NCBI GenBank assembly: GCA_964016885.1
Contig: OZ024744.1
Span: forward strand, 64,728,001 to 64,792,000
From: Eledone cirrhosa
Taxonomy: Eukaryota
DNA: 64,000 nt
Direction of reading: 5' to 3'
In this document: positions 11,510-24,789 of the stretch, piece by piece
How positions within the stretch are numbered: the stretch's first letter is position 1
How the letters are laid out: the number at the start of each line of letters is the position of its first letter
Notes under the pieces: generated by a model
What the model was told of the DNA's origin: nothing
Databases searched by the model: none
The model's input: the letters and a program-made list of their open reading frames with translations, nothing else
Made by a program: the position numbers and the translations under genes

Positions 11510-11599
11510 AGGTCAACCTGAACCTGACATTTTGTGGGCTTCTTTGGCTTTAGATAGTCTCAAGTTACATATAACTAGATGGTGATCACTTGACACTTA

Positions 11600-13672
11600 G
11601 CCCTTCTCTTAACATGAACATTCAGCATAGCATCAAAGAGATCAGATAAAGTGGGAAGCATTGGTGGTTAAGGAAGTCAGGACCAAGTATGCAGATACCA
11701 TTGCATCCAAATTCAGAGAACTCCCTGAGCAAACTGAGGACGTTGAAATGGAATGGAAATTGTTCAGTTCAGCAGTTTCTGCTTCAGCTGTTAAATGCTG
11801 CAGGAGAAAGAGGCTTGGTGTGGTGCTAGATGGCTGGAGGACTCCATGGTTCAATCAAGAGGTCATAGATGCCATCCAAGCAATGAAGAAGTCCTACAAA
11901 GCTTGGCTTGGAAATAAGTCTTCCTTCTTACACTTGTGGTACAGCAAGCGCAAAGAATTACAGCAGAGACAGTAAATGCGTCCAAAGCTAAGGCACGGGA
12001 GGACTTTGGAGTTAAGCTGGAATCTGATTTCAGATCAGCAAATATGAAGTCCTCCTCCACATCTGATATCAGGAAAGCATTTGAGGTTCTCCTCTCTGCA
12101 GAGAGGCACATCCTCATGAGGTGGACAGAATAATTTGCTGATCTCCTAAACCTGGTCACAACAGCGTCTTCTGATGTACACGAGGTGCATCTGGGAGTGA
12201 TGACTAATCTCTTGGAGGCTGAAGTCAGAAGAGCAATTAAAGAGCTAAAATTTAGCAAGGATGAAATTTGGTGCAAAATGTTAAAAGTCTTAAATAGAGA
12301 AGGTATTCTCTGGTTAACTTGTGTGTGTCAGTTGCCTGGATTTCTGGAAAAGCACCTAAGCAATGGCAATTCGGAGTGATAAAAAGGGAGACAAGAGAGA
12401 TTGCTCCAATTATATATATCTTCTTGTTAAGCCTCTCCAGTAAAATGTATGTGAAATGTCTGGCAAAGAGATGTAAGGAAACTGTCGCCCAGATGCAGCA
12501 CAGCTGATCAAATATTCACCCTGCGGCTGGTGTTTGAGAAATCATGAATACTGCCAAGAGGTGTATTCTTGCTTTGTAGACCTCGAAAAGGCATATGATT
12601 GCATTCCATGGGACCTGCTGTAGAAGGTCTGCCAGAGTTGGGATCGAGGGTCAGCGTCTTGTTGCCCTGATGTCTCAATACAAATGCCTGAGTGCTTGCG
12701 TTTGGATAAATGGTGCTAAATCAAAACTATTCAATGTGGGAGATGGATGCCACCAAGGGTGCATACTGTCACTTCTGTTCATTAATTTCATGAACAGGAT
12801 GGACATGCGCAGCCAGGTTGGAAGGGGTGTCATGACTGGTTGGTGTAGAATCAGTCAGCTGGAATTTACAGGCAACATGGTATTACTTAACTCGTCAGAA
12901 GGTGATCTCCATCTTGTACTTGATAGGTTTTATGCCAATTGCTGCATGGTTAGAATGAAAATCAGTGCTGCAAAACTGAGACATTCATCCTCTCAAGGAA
13001 GCCTGCATAGTGTTCTCTACATATAAATGGAGTTACACTGAAGCATATGGAGAAGTTCAAGTATCTCGGAACCATGTTCACAAGTGATGAAAGGCAGGAG
13101 GCTGAATTAAATCCAAGAATTGCAGGAGCTGGCGCAGTAATGCGCCAGCATCAACATTCAGTAATCAGAAGAAGGGAGGTAGGCGTAGCAGCCAAACTCA
13201 CTATCTTGAATTTGATATTCATGCCAACCCTTACCTATTGTCATAAATCTTGGGCAATGACTGAAAAAATGTGATTGCGAATACAAGCAACCAAAATGGG
13301 TTCCTCTGAAGGGTCTTTGAAGTAATGTTACTTGATAAAGTGCGTAGCTCGGAGATCAGAGACTCACTCATGGTAGAGCTGCTTCCTCTCTGAATTGGGA
13401 GATCATGGCTCCAATACCATGGTCATGTGGTTAGAATATCTCTGGAAAGAATCGCTGGACAGATTTTACAAGCAAAACCAACTGGCAGGAGATCCAGAGA
13501 TAGACGCCAAGCAAGATGGTTGGATAACATCCATGAGCTTGGTTGGTCTCGTTTGGGGATCCAACTGGATCAGTTAGAAACAGTTACTTCTGACAGGACC
13601 TGCTGGAATGAGTGTTTGAGGGCCTTGACACCACAACCATCTCAGGAATAAGTGAGCAAAGAAGAAAAGAAG
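11600..13672 (+). mobile_element. Degenerate RTE-clade LINE (Rex3/Expander-like) ORF2, 5'-truncated, (AAG)-rich tail
   Basis: Frameshifted peptides RTPWFNQEV, ILMRWTE*FADLLN, CFVDLEKAYD, HQGCILSLLF, EKFKYLG, PTLTYCHKSW, end PQPSQE* then GCAAAGAAGAAAAGAAGA. Confidence 0.85.
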
Positions 13673-13694
13673 ATATATACACATATATATATAT

Positions 13695-14740
13695 AACAGG
13701 ATCTCAGGAAGTTTAGCTAAGAATGTATGGATTACATGTAGCAGCTGCACTGGGACAGTAAGCAGCAAATGACCACAGTAAACAAACGCTACCAAATTCT
13801 GGTAGAAACAGTAGACAGCTTCTACTACCTAGGTGACCAAATTAGCAGCGGGGGATGGGGTGTTGAAAGTACAGTAGCCAGGGTAAGAATGGGATGGAAG
13901 AATTTCAGGGAGCTACTACTAGCTACAAAAGGCTTTTCCCTCAGAATGAAAGTCAGATTGTATGATGTGTGCATAGGAACAGCAATGCTGCATGGTTGTG
14001 AAAAATGGGTGCTGTGTGCAGAACACTTACATAGATTAGAAAGAAATGAGCTTGTATGCTCCGATGGATGTGTAATAGTAATATACAAGAATGGCAAAGC
14101 ATAAATGAACTGAGAGAGAAACTAAACATAAGGAGAGGAGATTGTGTTGGTTTGGACATGTGATGCTTATGAAAAATGGCAGCTGCATAAAAAGGTACAG
14201 AGCACTCAAAGTTGATGGAAGCCTTGGAGTGGGGACAGCCAGGAAGATTTGGGATGAGGTAATAAAAGCTGACCTTGCTCAGTTGCATCTCTCAGAGGCG
14301 ATGACACAGGATTGAGATCTCTGGCATAATGCAGTAATACAGAAGACCTGACTTCCCACGGACACAGGTCAAAGTTGAAGCATATATACAGTATGCCCCA
14401 CCCCATCCTCACATGCATCTCCCACGAGGGTTGTACAAAGTATGCATCTAGTGAAACCGTCAGCCCATACTGTAAAGTGGTCATGTAGGCATCACAACAA
14501 AAAGCACCCAGTCCACACTGTAAAGTAATCGTGTAGGTGTCATGACAAAAACCACCCAACACTCACTGTAAATGAGGTTAGTGTTAGGAAGGGCATCCAG
14601 CTGTAGAAACCAAACCAAAATCAGTTCTGTATGAGTAAGACATGGTCACCTGACCTAGCATTGCTTACAACAGGACAACTCGTCAAACCCATTCTAGCGT
14701 AGGAAAAATTGATGTAAAACCGTTATGATGATGATGATGA
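13695..14740 (+). mobile_element. RTE-clade LINE 3' fragment (PHD-containing lineage) with 3'UTR carrying 42-bp repeats and (ATG)n tail
   Basis: ETVDSFYYLGD, ARVRMGWKNFREL, RLYDVCIGTAMLHGCEKW; collinear with 53670-54690. Confidence 0.85.
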
Positions 14741-14744
14741 TATC

Positions 14745-17476
14745 CCGTTATGTGCCGGGAAACGACGTGGCCAGGTAGTAACGGCGGCAACTACACCTGG
14801 CTCTTCCAAACCTAGCCGCTTGTTCTACATTAGCGACCGATCAACCGGTGTTCGTTTTCTGGTGGACACCGGAGCTGAGGTTAGCGTTATACCATCATCC
14901 CTGGTGTCAGGCAGTAAGAAACCCACAACAGTCCTTCTCAAGGCAGTGAACCATTCTTCTATACCCACATGTGGAGAAAGTCCTTAACCCTTGATCTTGG
15001 GCTCCACCGAGTTTTCCAGTGAGTTTTTGTCATCGCCAAGTTGCCGACTCCGATCCTAGGAGCGGATTTCTTACACCATTTCGGTTTCCTCGTGGACGTT
15101 AAACACAGCAGACTGATTGATTCCACCACGGGCTCCAATATTCGCGGCATCAGCACCAAAACACCCTCCCTCAGCCCCCCCCCCCCCCTTTTTAACCCAG
15201 TGCAATCCGGCAGATACGACGCTATCCTACGCAGGCACCTTGACGTCTCGCGCCCAATTTTAACAGTCGGCCGGTGACCCACAGTGTTACGCATCATCTC
15301 GTGACTGAGGGCCCTCCGGTATCTTCTAAACCAAGGTGACTCGCTCCTGACCGCGCTAAGATCGCTAAAGCAGAGTTTGATCATATGCTGGAATTGGGCA
15401 TTGTTCGTCCATGCAGTAGCAGTTGGTCTTCCCCCCTTCCCTTCACATGGTTCCCAAGAAATCTTTGGGTGACTGGTGGCCGTGTAGAGACTCTCGCTTT
15501 CTTAACACGCGAACCAAACCCGATAGGTATCTGGTGCCTCACATACAGGAGTTCTCTGCTAACCTACACGGAGCTAGGGTCTTTTCAAAAATCGACCTCG
15601 GGCGGGTGTACAACCAGATTCCTATTCAACCTGACGACATTCCGAAAACGGCCATTACAACTCCTTTCGGCCTTTTCGAGTTTCTTAGAGTGCCATTTGG
15701 TTTACGCAATGCTGCATCGACCTTCCAGCATTTCATCGACACAGTAGTACGTGGTTTACCCTGTGTCTACGCGTATATTGACAATGTGCTGGTAGCCAGC
15801 ACATCCCACGAGGAACACGAAAGGCACCTACAACTACACTTCGTGCGTTTTTCTCAGTTTAGTGTCATCACCAACCCCAGTAAATGCCTTTTCGGTGTTT
15901 CTTCCCTTGAGTTTCTGGGACACCACATCGACGAGCGAGGAATCTGCCCCCTCTACGACAAAGTTAAGTCAATGTGAGAGTTTCCCACTCCTACGTCACT
16001 GAGGAAAGTACGTGAGTTCCTTGGCCTCATAAATTTTTACCGCCGGTTCATTCCTTGCTGTGCAGAGTCTCTTCAGCCGCTAACAGACATCCTACGGCAG
16101 TGCAAACGGAACAACCAGCTTATCGCTTTCGATGACGCACAAGCGGCCGCTTTTCTGAGAGTAAAGCGGACTTTAGCAGAGGTCACAATGTTAGTTCATC
16201 CCAAACCGGACGTACCGCTTGGTCTGTTCGTCGATGCATCGGATGTCGGGGTCGGTGGCGTCCTCCAACAATGCGTGGCAGCCAATTTCTTTCTTCTCTA
16301 GGCGACTCAAACCGGCCGAAACAATGTACAGCACATTCGATTGGGAACTTTTGGCAGCGTACCTCAGTGTGAGCCATTTCCGGCACATGTTGGAAGGTTC
16401 GGTGTTCTCTATTTACACGAACCATAAACCTCTCACGTACGCTCTATATTCCAAGCCTGACCGCCACTCACCTAGAGAAGTGCGCCACCTGGATTTTATA
16501 TCCCAGTATACTACGGATATTCACCACATTAAAGGTTCAGACAACTCTGCGGCCGACGCCCTTTCTCGCGCACGCTTGGGTGCACTGCACACCTCCTTTT
16601 CCATCAACCTCCGAGACATCGCCACCGCTCAACAGACGGATCGGGAGCTCCTCAAACTCCGAAATTCTCCATCTTCTTCCTTGTCTCCCAAACTCCTCCC
16701 TCTACCCTTTTCTTCTAATGGTATCTGGTGTGATGTGTCTACGGGTCACGCGCGCCCTTATGTGCTCCTACAGCATCGACGTTCGGTTTTTTCCTGCGCT
16801 GCACAACCTATCGCATCCTGGAGCCAACTCTACCCTGAAGTTATTAACAGCCCGGTTTGTTTAGGTTGGTGTGGACAAGGATGTCAGGGAATGGGCCAGA
16901 CGTTGCGTCCAGTGTCAGAAGGCGAAGATTCACCATCATATCAGAACTCCCCTCGGAACCTTCGCAACACCGGATGCACGTTTCCAACACATACACATCG
17001 ATATCGTTGGACCACTCCTCCTTCTCAGGGTTGCACGCACCTTTTGACCTGTGTGGACAGGTTCTCCCGGTGGCCTGAGGCCATTCCTCTTTCCGACACC
17101 ACAACCGAATCTATTGCCAAGGCGCTAATACAGCATTGGATTTCGCGTTATGGCACACCTTCTACCATAACAACGGACAGAGGTGGCCAGTTCGAATCAA
17201 ACATTTTTCAAGAATTGACACTCCTCCTGGGTTGTAGTCGAATACGTACAAGAGCCTATCACCCTGCAGCTAATGGTATGGTGGAATGTTTCCATCGGCA
17301 ATTAAAATCGGCTCCCAGAGCCTATGTCAACAACAGTAACTGATTGGAGATCTTACCCCTCATCCTTCTTGGAATTCGCTCCACCGTAAAAGGATAACTT
17401 TGTTTTACGCTGGCTGAGCTGGTTTATGGCACAGCATTAGTATTACTCGGGCAATGATTGCCCCTGAATCTAAATA
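14745..17476 (+). mobile_element. Ty3/gypsy (CsRN1-like) pol relic: protease, RT, RNase H, integrase; no gag or LTRs seen
   Basis: FLVDTGAEVS protease and ILGADFL; [27 protein letters not shown] (YIDD mutated); DASDVG, YSTFDWELLA, ADALSR; integrase HNLSHPG..CVQC, HIDIV, TTDRGGQF, NGMVECFHRQLK. Several stops and frameshifts. Confidence 0.93.
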
Positions 17477-19808
17477 CCGAATCTCAGTGGCTGTGATCGG
17501 TCTTTCGCAGAACTCGGTGTCCATGCTCGAGAGATGCGGAAGGCCTTCGAGATATGAACCGAAGTCCTTTGCCCCATTCGACGTACCGCCACTCTGCCCG
17601 AACAGTTGCGTAAAGTGCCACTGAAAGGCCGCGCACATCCGCTTGGGGTCAAGTAGTACGCGTCCATTTTAGTCTTTTAAAGACCGAATCGTGGACTTGT
17701 TGCCACTTTTCGCCTCTGCCACTCGTTTCCTAGAGCACGTGATTTACTTCTGACCATGCAACCTTTGAGTTTCTCGTGGAAGTTCTGGTCCAGTGCCGTT
17801 CTCGTTGCTAGCACTCTAGCTTCATTGCCACTCCTAAGCACCTCCTCTACCTTGGCCACTAGTTCCGTTTCTGTTTTGTTTCTCTCTAAGGCTAACTCTC
17901 TGCTAAAGTCTATCGACTCTACTCTAATTGCTTTCTTGAGGGAGTACCACCATCTGTTGTTGACGATGGCTCCAGTCAGTTGTTGCTTAACTAATCTACT
18001 TATCCGTTCACTGTAGGCTTTACGTGTTGGTAGTGACACGTTCAGCTTCCAGTATCCGGGTCCTTGTCTATGAATTCTATCATGGTTGACTATGCAGATA
18101 ACTAGTTTGTGGTCTGAATAGGCAACCATGTGCATTTGTGGACAGCTTAACATCTTCTTGTCTCCCTCTCTAATAAAGAACCTGTCTAAATATGATATAG
18201 ATGTCCCGCTGCGGTTTGTCCACGTCCACTGTGGTGCAGTCGGGAAATCTAGTTGATACCAATTGGCCAGTTGGAATTGACCGATTAAATTTTTGAGGCT
18301 GTTGCACCCCCCTCTACTGGGACATGATCCTACTAAGTCCCATCGTGCGTCTAGGATGCCATTCCAGTCCCCCACTAAAAGCAAGGAGCGAGACGTTCTC
18401 AGAAAAGACTCTAGACGCTTAAAGAAGTCTGGCCGCGATTTCCCAGTCGGGGCATAAACGGCTACCAGTCTGAAGGCTCCACCTCCAACACTGTTCACGT
18501 CCAGGACTACCAGTCTACCCTCCTGGTCCAAGTGTACTTGCTGTACTTCAACGTCCAGGTTTTTTCGAAACATGACAGCCACCCCTCCTCCACCTCCTGG
18601 CTGACAGAGAGATGCGTAGATCTCAAAGTCATTGAAGATGGGGTTAGTTGCTGCCTGTTGTGAATCCTGGACTCGATGATGGCTATCACATCCATACCGT
18701 GTGACCTAAGGTCGTTTAAAAGTTGGCCCTGTTTCCAGGGCATCCCCTAGGCCATGCACATTCACGCTTCCAACTCGTAAACTAGCCATGTTGGTGGAGA
18801 AGAGTTGGCGAAAAAGGACGAAAAGGTGCACTTACCTTTTCGTTTCCTGGAGATCGGGTTGTTCAATCTCCATTTGGGTGCTGGTGGAGGTGTTGGGTGG
18901 GGTGGGGAAACATTTTAACAGGACGCGGTTTATGGGTTTTTGACAGGGTTTGCCCACGTCCTGCGAAAATTTTGTTTTTAGTTCGCTATATGTTTCCATC
19001 GAAACCCTTATTAGTTTGAGGTGTGGAGACGATTCTGCTTTAACGAAAGTTTTGCCCCCCGTCTCCACCTTGGGGTTTTTGGAGATGACCTCCATCAAAC
19101 TCTTGTTGTTTGTGTTGATGTATACGTATTGTTGTTTGTGTTTTTGTTGTGTTGTTTTAGTTTGTTGTTCGTCCGGGAGTTTTCTTTTTATGGTGGGACT
19201 TTGTGTTTGGGGCGGTGTTGGTGTTTGTTTTGCTGCTGGTGGTGGTGGGGAGGGTTGATTGTGGTGTTGTTTGTGTTGTTGTTTGTATCGGTGGTTGTGT
19301 GTTGGCGTTGGTGATTGTTGTTTTTGTGGCTTTGTGGTGCCTTTTTTTTGTTTTTTGGATTTTCGAGGCTGTCCTTCGTCTTCACTTGTAGCCTCGTCTG
19401 ACGATGATTCGTCATCAGGAGCTTGCGGTAGGGGTATGTTGTGTGGTGATGGTGTGTTTGTGTGTGTGTTTGTGGCAGGGTTGGATGGAGGGGGATGGGG
19501 TGGGACTGTGTTCTTTGGGGTAGTTGTTTGTGTTTTTCCTGCTGTTGTTGGTTGAGTGGCTGTTTGTTTTGGTGCGTTTGCTTGTTTTGTGTGTTGTTGT
19601 TGTTGTTGTGGTGGTGGTGGTGGTGGTTGTTTTGGTGTTGGTGTTGGTAACAGTATTTTTGGGGTGTGGGGGTGGGGGGTGGGGTGTTTTGTTTAAATGT
19701 GTCTGTAAAAGGAAGGAGGTCTTAAGATGTTCTGTGCTGTTACATCGAAAGGAGTGTGGTTTTCTTCCTTCAACAGAAATGCTTATGTGGCTGTTGTTGT
19801 CCACCAGC
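17477..19808 (-). mobile_element. Tx1/L1-clade LINE, inverted 5' part: ORF1 C-terminus and ORF2 APE endonuclease/tether
   Basis: ORF1 with damaged zinc knuckle (VEGRKPHSFRCNSTEHLKTS) ending at 18832; ORF2 ATG 18789 MASLRVGSVNVHGL, VAVYAP, LLVGDWN, SYLDRF, YSDHKLV, YWKLNVSL, ending CERPITATEIR. Confidence 0.9.
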
Positions 19809-22190
19809 AGGAAACGCAAATCACCCGGTTTAGATGGTCTACCCTAGGAGTTTTACATAAGCAGGCCGGACTAGTTCTCTGGCGTCCTCTAGGCCGTCTA
19901 CTGCAACTGGCAGCAAAACGGGAGAATTCCCAGTTCTGCAGGCAGGGGCGTAGTAACGCTGATCAGGAAAGACGAGAACAAGAGGGACGAACTAAGCAGC
20001 TTTAGGCCCATAACTCTGCTCAACACAGAGTTAAAGATTTTGGCCAAGGTGTTGGCAATGAGGTTGGCGCTTGTCGTCGAGAACCTGGTAGGGAAAGCGC
20101 AAACGTGTGCAATCTCGACCAGGTCCATACACGGCAACCTCCACCTCATGCGATACATCATAGAGAGGGTAGGGTGTAAACCCGGCTTCAGTGGGGCTCT
20201 GATCAGTGGGGCTTAAATCAATCTAAGGCGTTCAATAGGGTGGACCATTGATACTTGGAAGTGGTTCTCGAGGCGGCCGGTTTCGGACCCGTCTTCAGAG
20301 GCTGGATCACACCAACATCTGCTCGATGGTCAAGGTGAACGGCTACCTATCGGAACCGTTTGCAATCACGCGTTCCATCCGACAGGGATGTCCTCTCTCC
20401 TCCATTCTGTACGTACTGACTCTAGAGCCACTGCTGCGGAAGTTGGAGCTGCTGCAGGGCATCCCGTTGGAACCGGGACTGCGGAAAGCGGCGTCGGCTT
20501 ATGCCGACGATGTGACGGTAATGGTGTCTGAAATCTCGGAAATCGGGGCAATCCGCAACTTACTGCAGCAATACGAAAGGCTCACAGGAGCAAAACTGAA
20601 CCTGAACAAGTCTGTCGGTTTGCAATTTGGAATGTGGAGAGGCAAACCGATGCCGTCCACAGTGTCGTCGGACGCTGGACGGACGGACTGGTGAAATTAC
20701 TCGGGGTCTGGTTCGGTCCGGACCTCCAGGTGGAGAAAAATGGTATGAGGTCACGGCCAAGGTATTTGCGCTCACCCAGAAGTGCGCAGAGTGCAACCTA
20801 TCCTTTCATAGCGTCCGTCATCTACTACCGCTTGACTGTCGTGCCTTGTCCCCGTGAACACCTCACCAAGATAGAACGCATGCTTTTCCAGTTTCTTTTG
20901 AATAAGCAGGCTCCAGTGGTGAAGAGATCCGTCTGTTGTCAGCACCCTTCCAACAGAGGGCTGGGCATGCTGTGGCTGATGGTGCGCAAACATGTGCTGA
21001 GGCTACGGCATCTACAGGTATTCCTCACCGACCCACAACCGGTATGGGCACCGTTTGTGAGACAGGCCTTCCCGCAACTTGTGTTGCTGACGGAGCTGCA
21101 GTCCTGGGTCAAGCGAAGACCAAAGAAGATGGGCGCCTGGCACATTGAATGCGCTCAGCTGCTCACAGTCCTCTGTCAAGCGGGCACGACAATCAGTGGA
21201 GACTCCACTTCAACATTCTATAGAGGGTTAGTACGTCACAAGAGCGACGACGTGCTCGGAGAATCTCTAGGCGTCAAAGACGATGAACTCACCAGTCTGT
21301 TTGGGAGGACTTCCCGCCCGGGACCTATGGACAACTTCCAGAGCTCCCTGGCAGTGCTACCGAGGAGCTCTACCAGTTCGTGACAAGATCTACAGGCACG
21401 GACGCCCCGGCAGGGATCTTTCCAAGAGGACGTGTCCAAGATTCGCGCAGGACATTGAAACAATCCTGCACGCAATTGTACACTGCCCGGGCGTAACCGA
21501 CCTGTGGAACTACGTGGAACAGCTGCTGTCGCGTATGGGGCAAATCCAGTTGACTGCCGAGTCCATAGTAAGGATCAAACCGCCAACTTCTTTCAAAAAC
21601 CAAAAAAAGAGAGGCGGTTTTCCTCTGTATAGTGGCTATGGTGTAAGAGGTTATATGGTGGACGTGATTGAGAGGACTGAGGACAGATGCCTTTCTCTCC
21701 GGACAACAACTCATTCCCTTCATTAGATACCACTTTAGAAGGAGAATCAGAGTGGAGAGAGAGGCACTGCACCCCAGTAAATTTACTGAAAGGTGGGTGA
21801 ATGTGGAAAAAATGGCCCGAGTGATTGGGTCTTCTCTGTATATAAACCTGTAGGTTGAAGAAGAGAGCAAAAGGAAGAAAGGAGCACTTTCACAACACGC
21901 TCCTGAAGTTGAGGGTTGTTCTATCGGCGGGGTATTAAACAACCCATTTGTGCCCCCCCCCCCCCTATTGGGGATTTCGATTGTTATAATTGTTTGTTTT
22001 ATACTTTTACACGATTCTATGTAAAATCCCTGGCATGTCTTTGTTTTGTCCCTTTTTCTTGTACGCCCTTGTGGCTAATAAAGAAATCTATCTATCTATC
22101 TATCCCTTTGTATTTGTCCCCTTCTTTTGTGCCCCCGTGGCTAATAAAGAAACATATCGATCTATCTATCTATTTATTTATCCATCCATC
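19809..22190 (+). mobile_element. Tx1/L1-clade LINE, sense 3' part: RT, CCHC region, duplicated 3' end with (TCTA)n tail
   Basis: KSPGLDGLP*EFY, FRPITLLNTELKILAK, SIRQGCPLS, AYADDV, KLLGVWF, CPRFAQDIETILHAIVHC; GTGGCTAATAAAGAAA+(TCTA)n occurs twice (about 22071 and 22137). Confidence 0.92.
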
Positions 22191-22649
22191 CCTTTCAACC
22201 TCGGTGTCATTACTTTTCTCTCTTATCACACTCTCAGTCATGTTTTCCCTGAGAGAATGGAGGATGGTGAGGAATTATTTGTCTTGCAGAAGACAAGATA
22301 ACTCCTCTAATGTTGGTTTCATAATAAATACATTCAGCGTACATTGTAAAGCGGTAGGTGATTAACTAGAGACAGCATAAGATGGAGAATGCTGTTCAGT
22401 TTTGTCAATAAATTCACTAGTGCTACTACTTTAATAAAATACACCCATTACACCCTGTAAAGGGATTAGTGCAAGGAGCTTTCTTTTCCATTTGATTGCA
22501 GTTGATGCTTAGTTTGTACTTCAACAGAGGATGAATGTATATAGATAGAAAGAAAATTATACAACAGGGGAGGAACTTCTGGGAAACAACGACGGGGTGA
22601 AGTGTTTTAACATTGGGTTTATAGTGAGGTAAGAAGGCAGAGAAGTGAT

Positions 22650-23245
22650 ATTTGTGTGTGTGTATGTACACATGCGCTCATACACATATACATGTGCAGA
22701 TATTCACACACACGCATGCACACATGTACACGCACATACAGATGCACACATGCACACATGCATACATACACATATACATATGCTGATATTCATACACACA
22801 CACATACATACACATGCATATTGCATACACATATATATGTGTTCACATGCATACATGTATACATGTATGTACACACACACACATACACACATGTCCACAC
22901 AGACACATGCACACTCACATGCACATATGTCCACATACATACATGCACGCACACATACACATGTGCACACATGCACACATACATGCACACGTGCACATAC
23001 ATACACACATGTACACATGCACACATGTGCATGTGAACATAAGTACATACACATGCATGCTCACATGCAGACACACATGCACATACACACACACATGTGC
23101 ACATATGCACACGTGTATACACAAATACATGTGTACATATGTACATACACACATGCTCACACACACACACACACACACAAGTGCATATATACACATATGT
23201 GCACACACACATACACATACAACCACACACACACACACACATGTG
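22650..23245. repeat. Degenerate (CA)/(CATG)-rich low-complexity tract
   Basis: Direct observation; source of HT-rich and CV-rich pseudo-ORFs. Confidence 0.9.
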
Positions 23246-23249
23246 TGAG

Positions 23250-23679
23250 ATGCGCGATGTGCATGGTAGTGAGACATGGGCAGCAACTGCAGAAGACATG
23301 TGAAGGCTGGAGAGAAATGAAGCAAGCATGCTCTGTTGGATGTGCAATGTCAATGTGCGTGAACGACCGAGGATGGGTGAGTTGAGAGAGAAACTGTGTC
23401 TGAGATGGATAAGTTGTGGTGTGCAGGAGAGAAGACTGCGATGGTATGGACATGTGATGCGCATGAAGGATGACCGCTGGGTAAAGAAATGCCAAGAAAT
23501 CCCAGTAGAAGGAAGATGCAGTAGAGGAAGACCACGAAAAACATGGGCGGAGGTGGTGAGAACAGACCTCAGATCGCTGAAGTTCACGGTGGAGATGACG
23601 AAGGACCGTGACAAGTGGAGAGATGCTGTGCTGAATAGAACTCGTCCCACCCTCGCAAGCAGGGAAAAGCGGACGTAAA

Positions 23680-23719
<40 letters not shown>

Positions 23720-23720
23720 C
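23250..23720 (+). mobile_element. RTE-clade LINE 3' end with (ATG)n tail
   Basis: HGSETW, RRLRWYGHVMRM, RGRPRKTWAEVV, ...PTLASREKRT* followed by (ATG)n. Confidence 0.9.
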
Positions 23721-23844
23721 ATATTTATATAAATATAATTCAGTTGTTATCAATTAAGTTCAGTTTTAGATTATACATGTATGTCATCTCGGTGCAGACA
23801 CTCGCTAAGGTTAAAGTGTTTTGATTCGGGTTGTCACTTATGAA

Positions 23845-23995
23845 GTGTGTGTGAAGGTGTGTGTGTGTGTGTGTGTGTATGTGTGTGTCTGTGTGTATAT
23901 ATGTGTGTGTGTCTGTCTGTCTGTGTGTGTGTGTGTGTCTGTCTGTGTGTGTCTGTATGTGCATATGTATGTATCTGCATGTGTATATATATATT

Positions 23996-24047
<52 letters not shown>

Positions 24048-24134
24048 ATATATATATATATATATATATAAATCTGTGCATGTGCGTATATGTGTGCATG
24101 TATATGAGTGTATATATATATATGTATATGTGTC

Positions 24135-24227
<93 letters not shown>

Positions 24228-24264
24228 GTGTGTATGTGCGTATATGTGTGCATGTATATGAGTG

Positions 24265-24350
<86 letters not shown>

Positions 24351-24460
24351 TATATAAATGTGTGTATGTGCGTATATGTGTGCATGTATATGAGTGTATA
24401 TATCTGTATATGTATATGTGTCTATATATATATATATATATGTGTGTCTATATATATATG
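23845..24460. repeat. Compound (TG)/(TA) microsatellite with triplicated TAAATGTGTGTATGTGCGTATATGTGTGCATGTATATGAGTG unit
   Basis: Direct observation; units near 24069, 24223, 24355. Confidence 0.9.
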
Positions 24461-24789
24461 GTGGGGTAGAGGTGAAATAGTAAAGTATTCATTTATTATT
24501 TATTTCAGAATATGTTGCTGATTCCAAACATTTTCATATAGATTTGTTTCATTTTGTTCTAGATTAGAAATAACAACAACAACAAAAAATAAAAAAAAAA
24601 GTATTATAATAATAGAAAGGTTAGGAAATGATGAATCTCATGTATTGCTTGTTTGTAAATTGTTGATGTGTTCTTTCATTATTCTGACAATAGTCTTGTG
24701 CAGGTGGCACCTTTGCAGTTTTGACACCTTTGCAGCAATGACATTTTTATGAAAGACATTACATGCCATAACAAATGCATGTTATATAT

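Noticed and set aside
17677-18582. Host exonuclease/endonuclease/phosphatase gene
   Set aside because: It is the APE domain of the Tx1-like LINE ORF2, frameshifted at its start and contiguous with ORF1 and the RT tether.
22645-24469. HT-, CV- and IY-rich ORFs
   Set aside because: Dinucleotide microsatellite translations; the same applies to 11262-11521, 28828-30013, 35922-36488 and 58791-59111.
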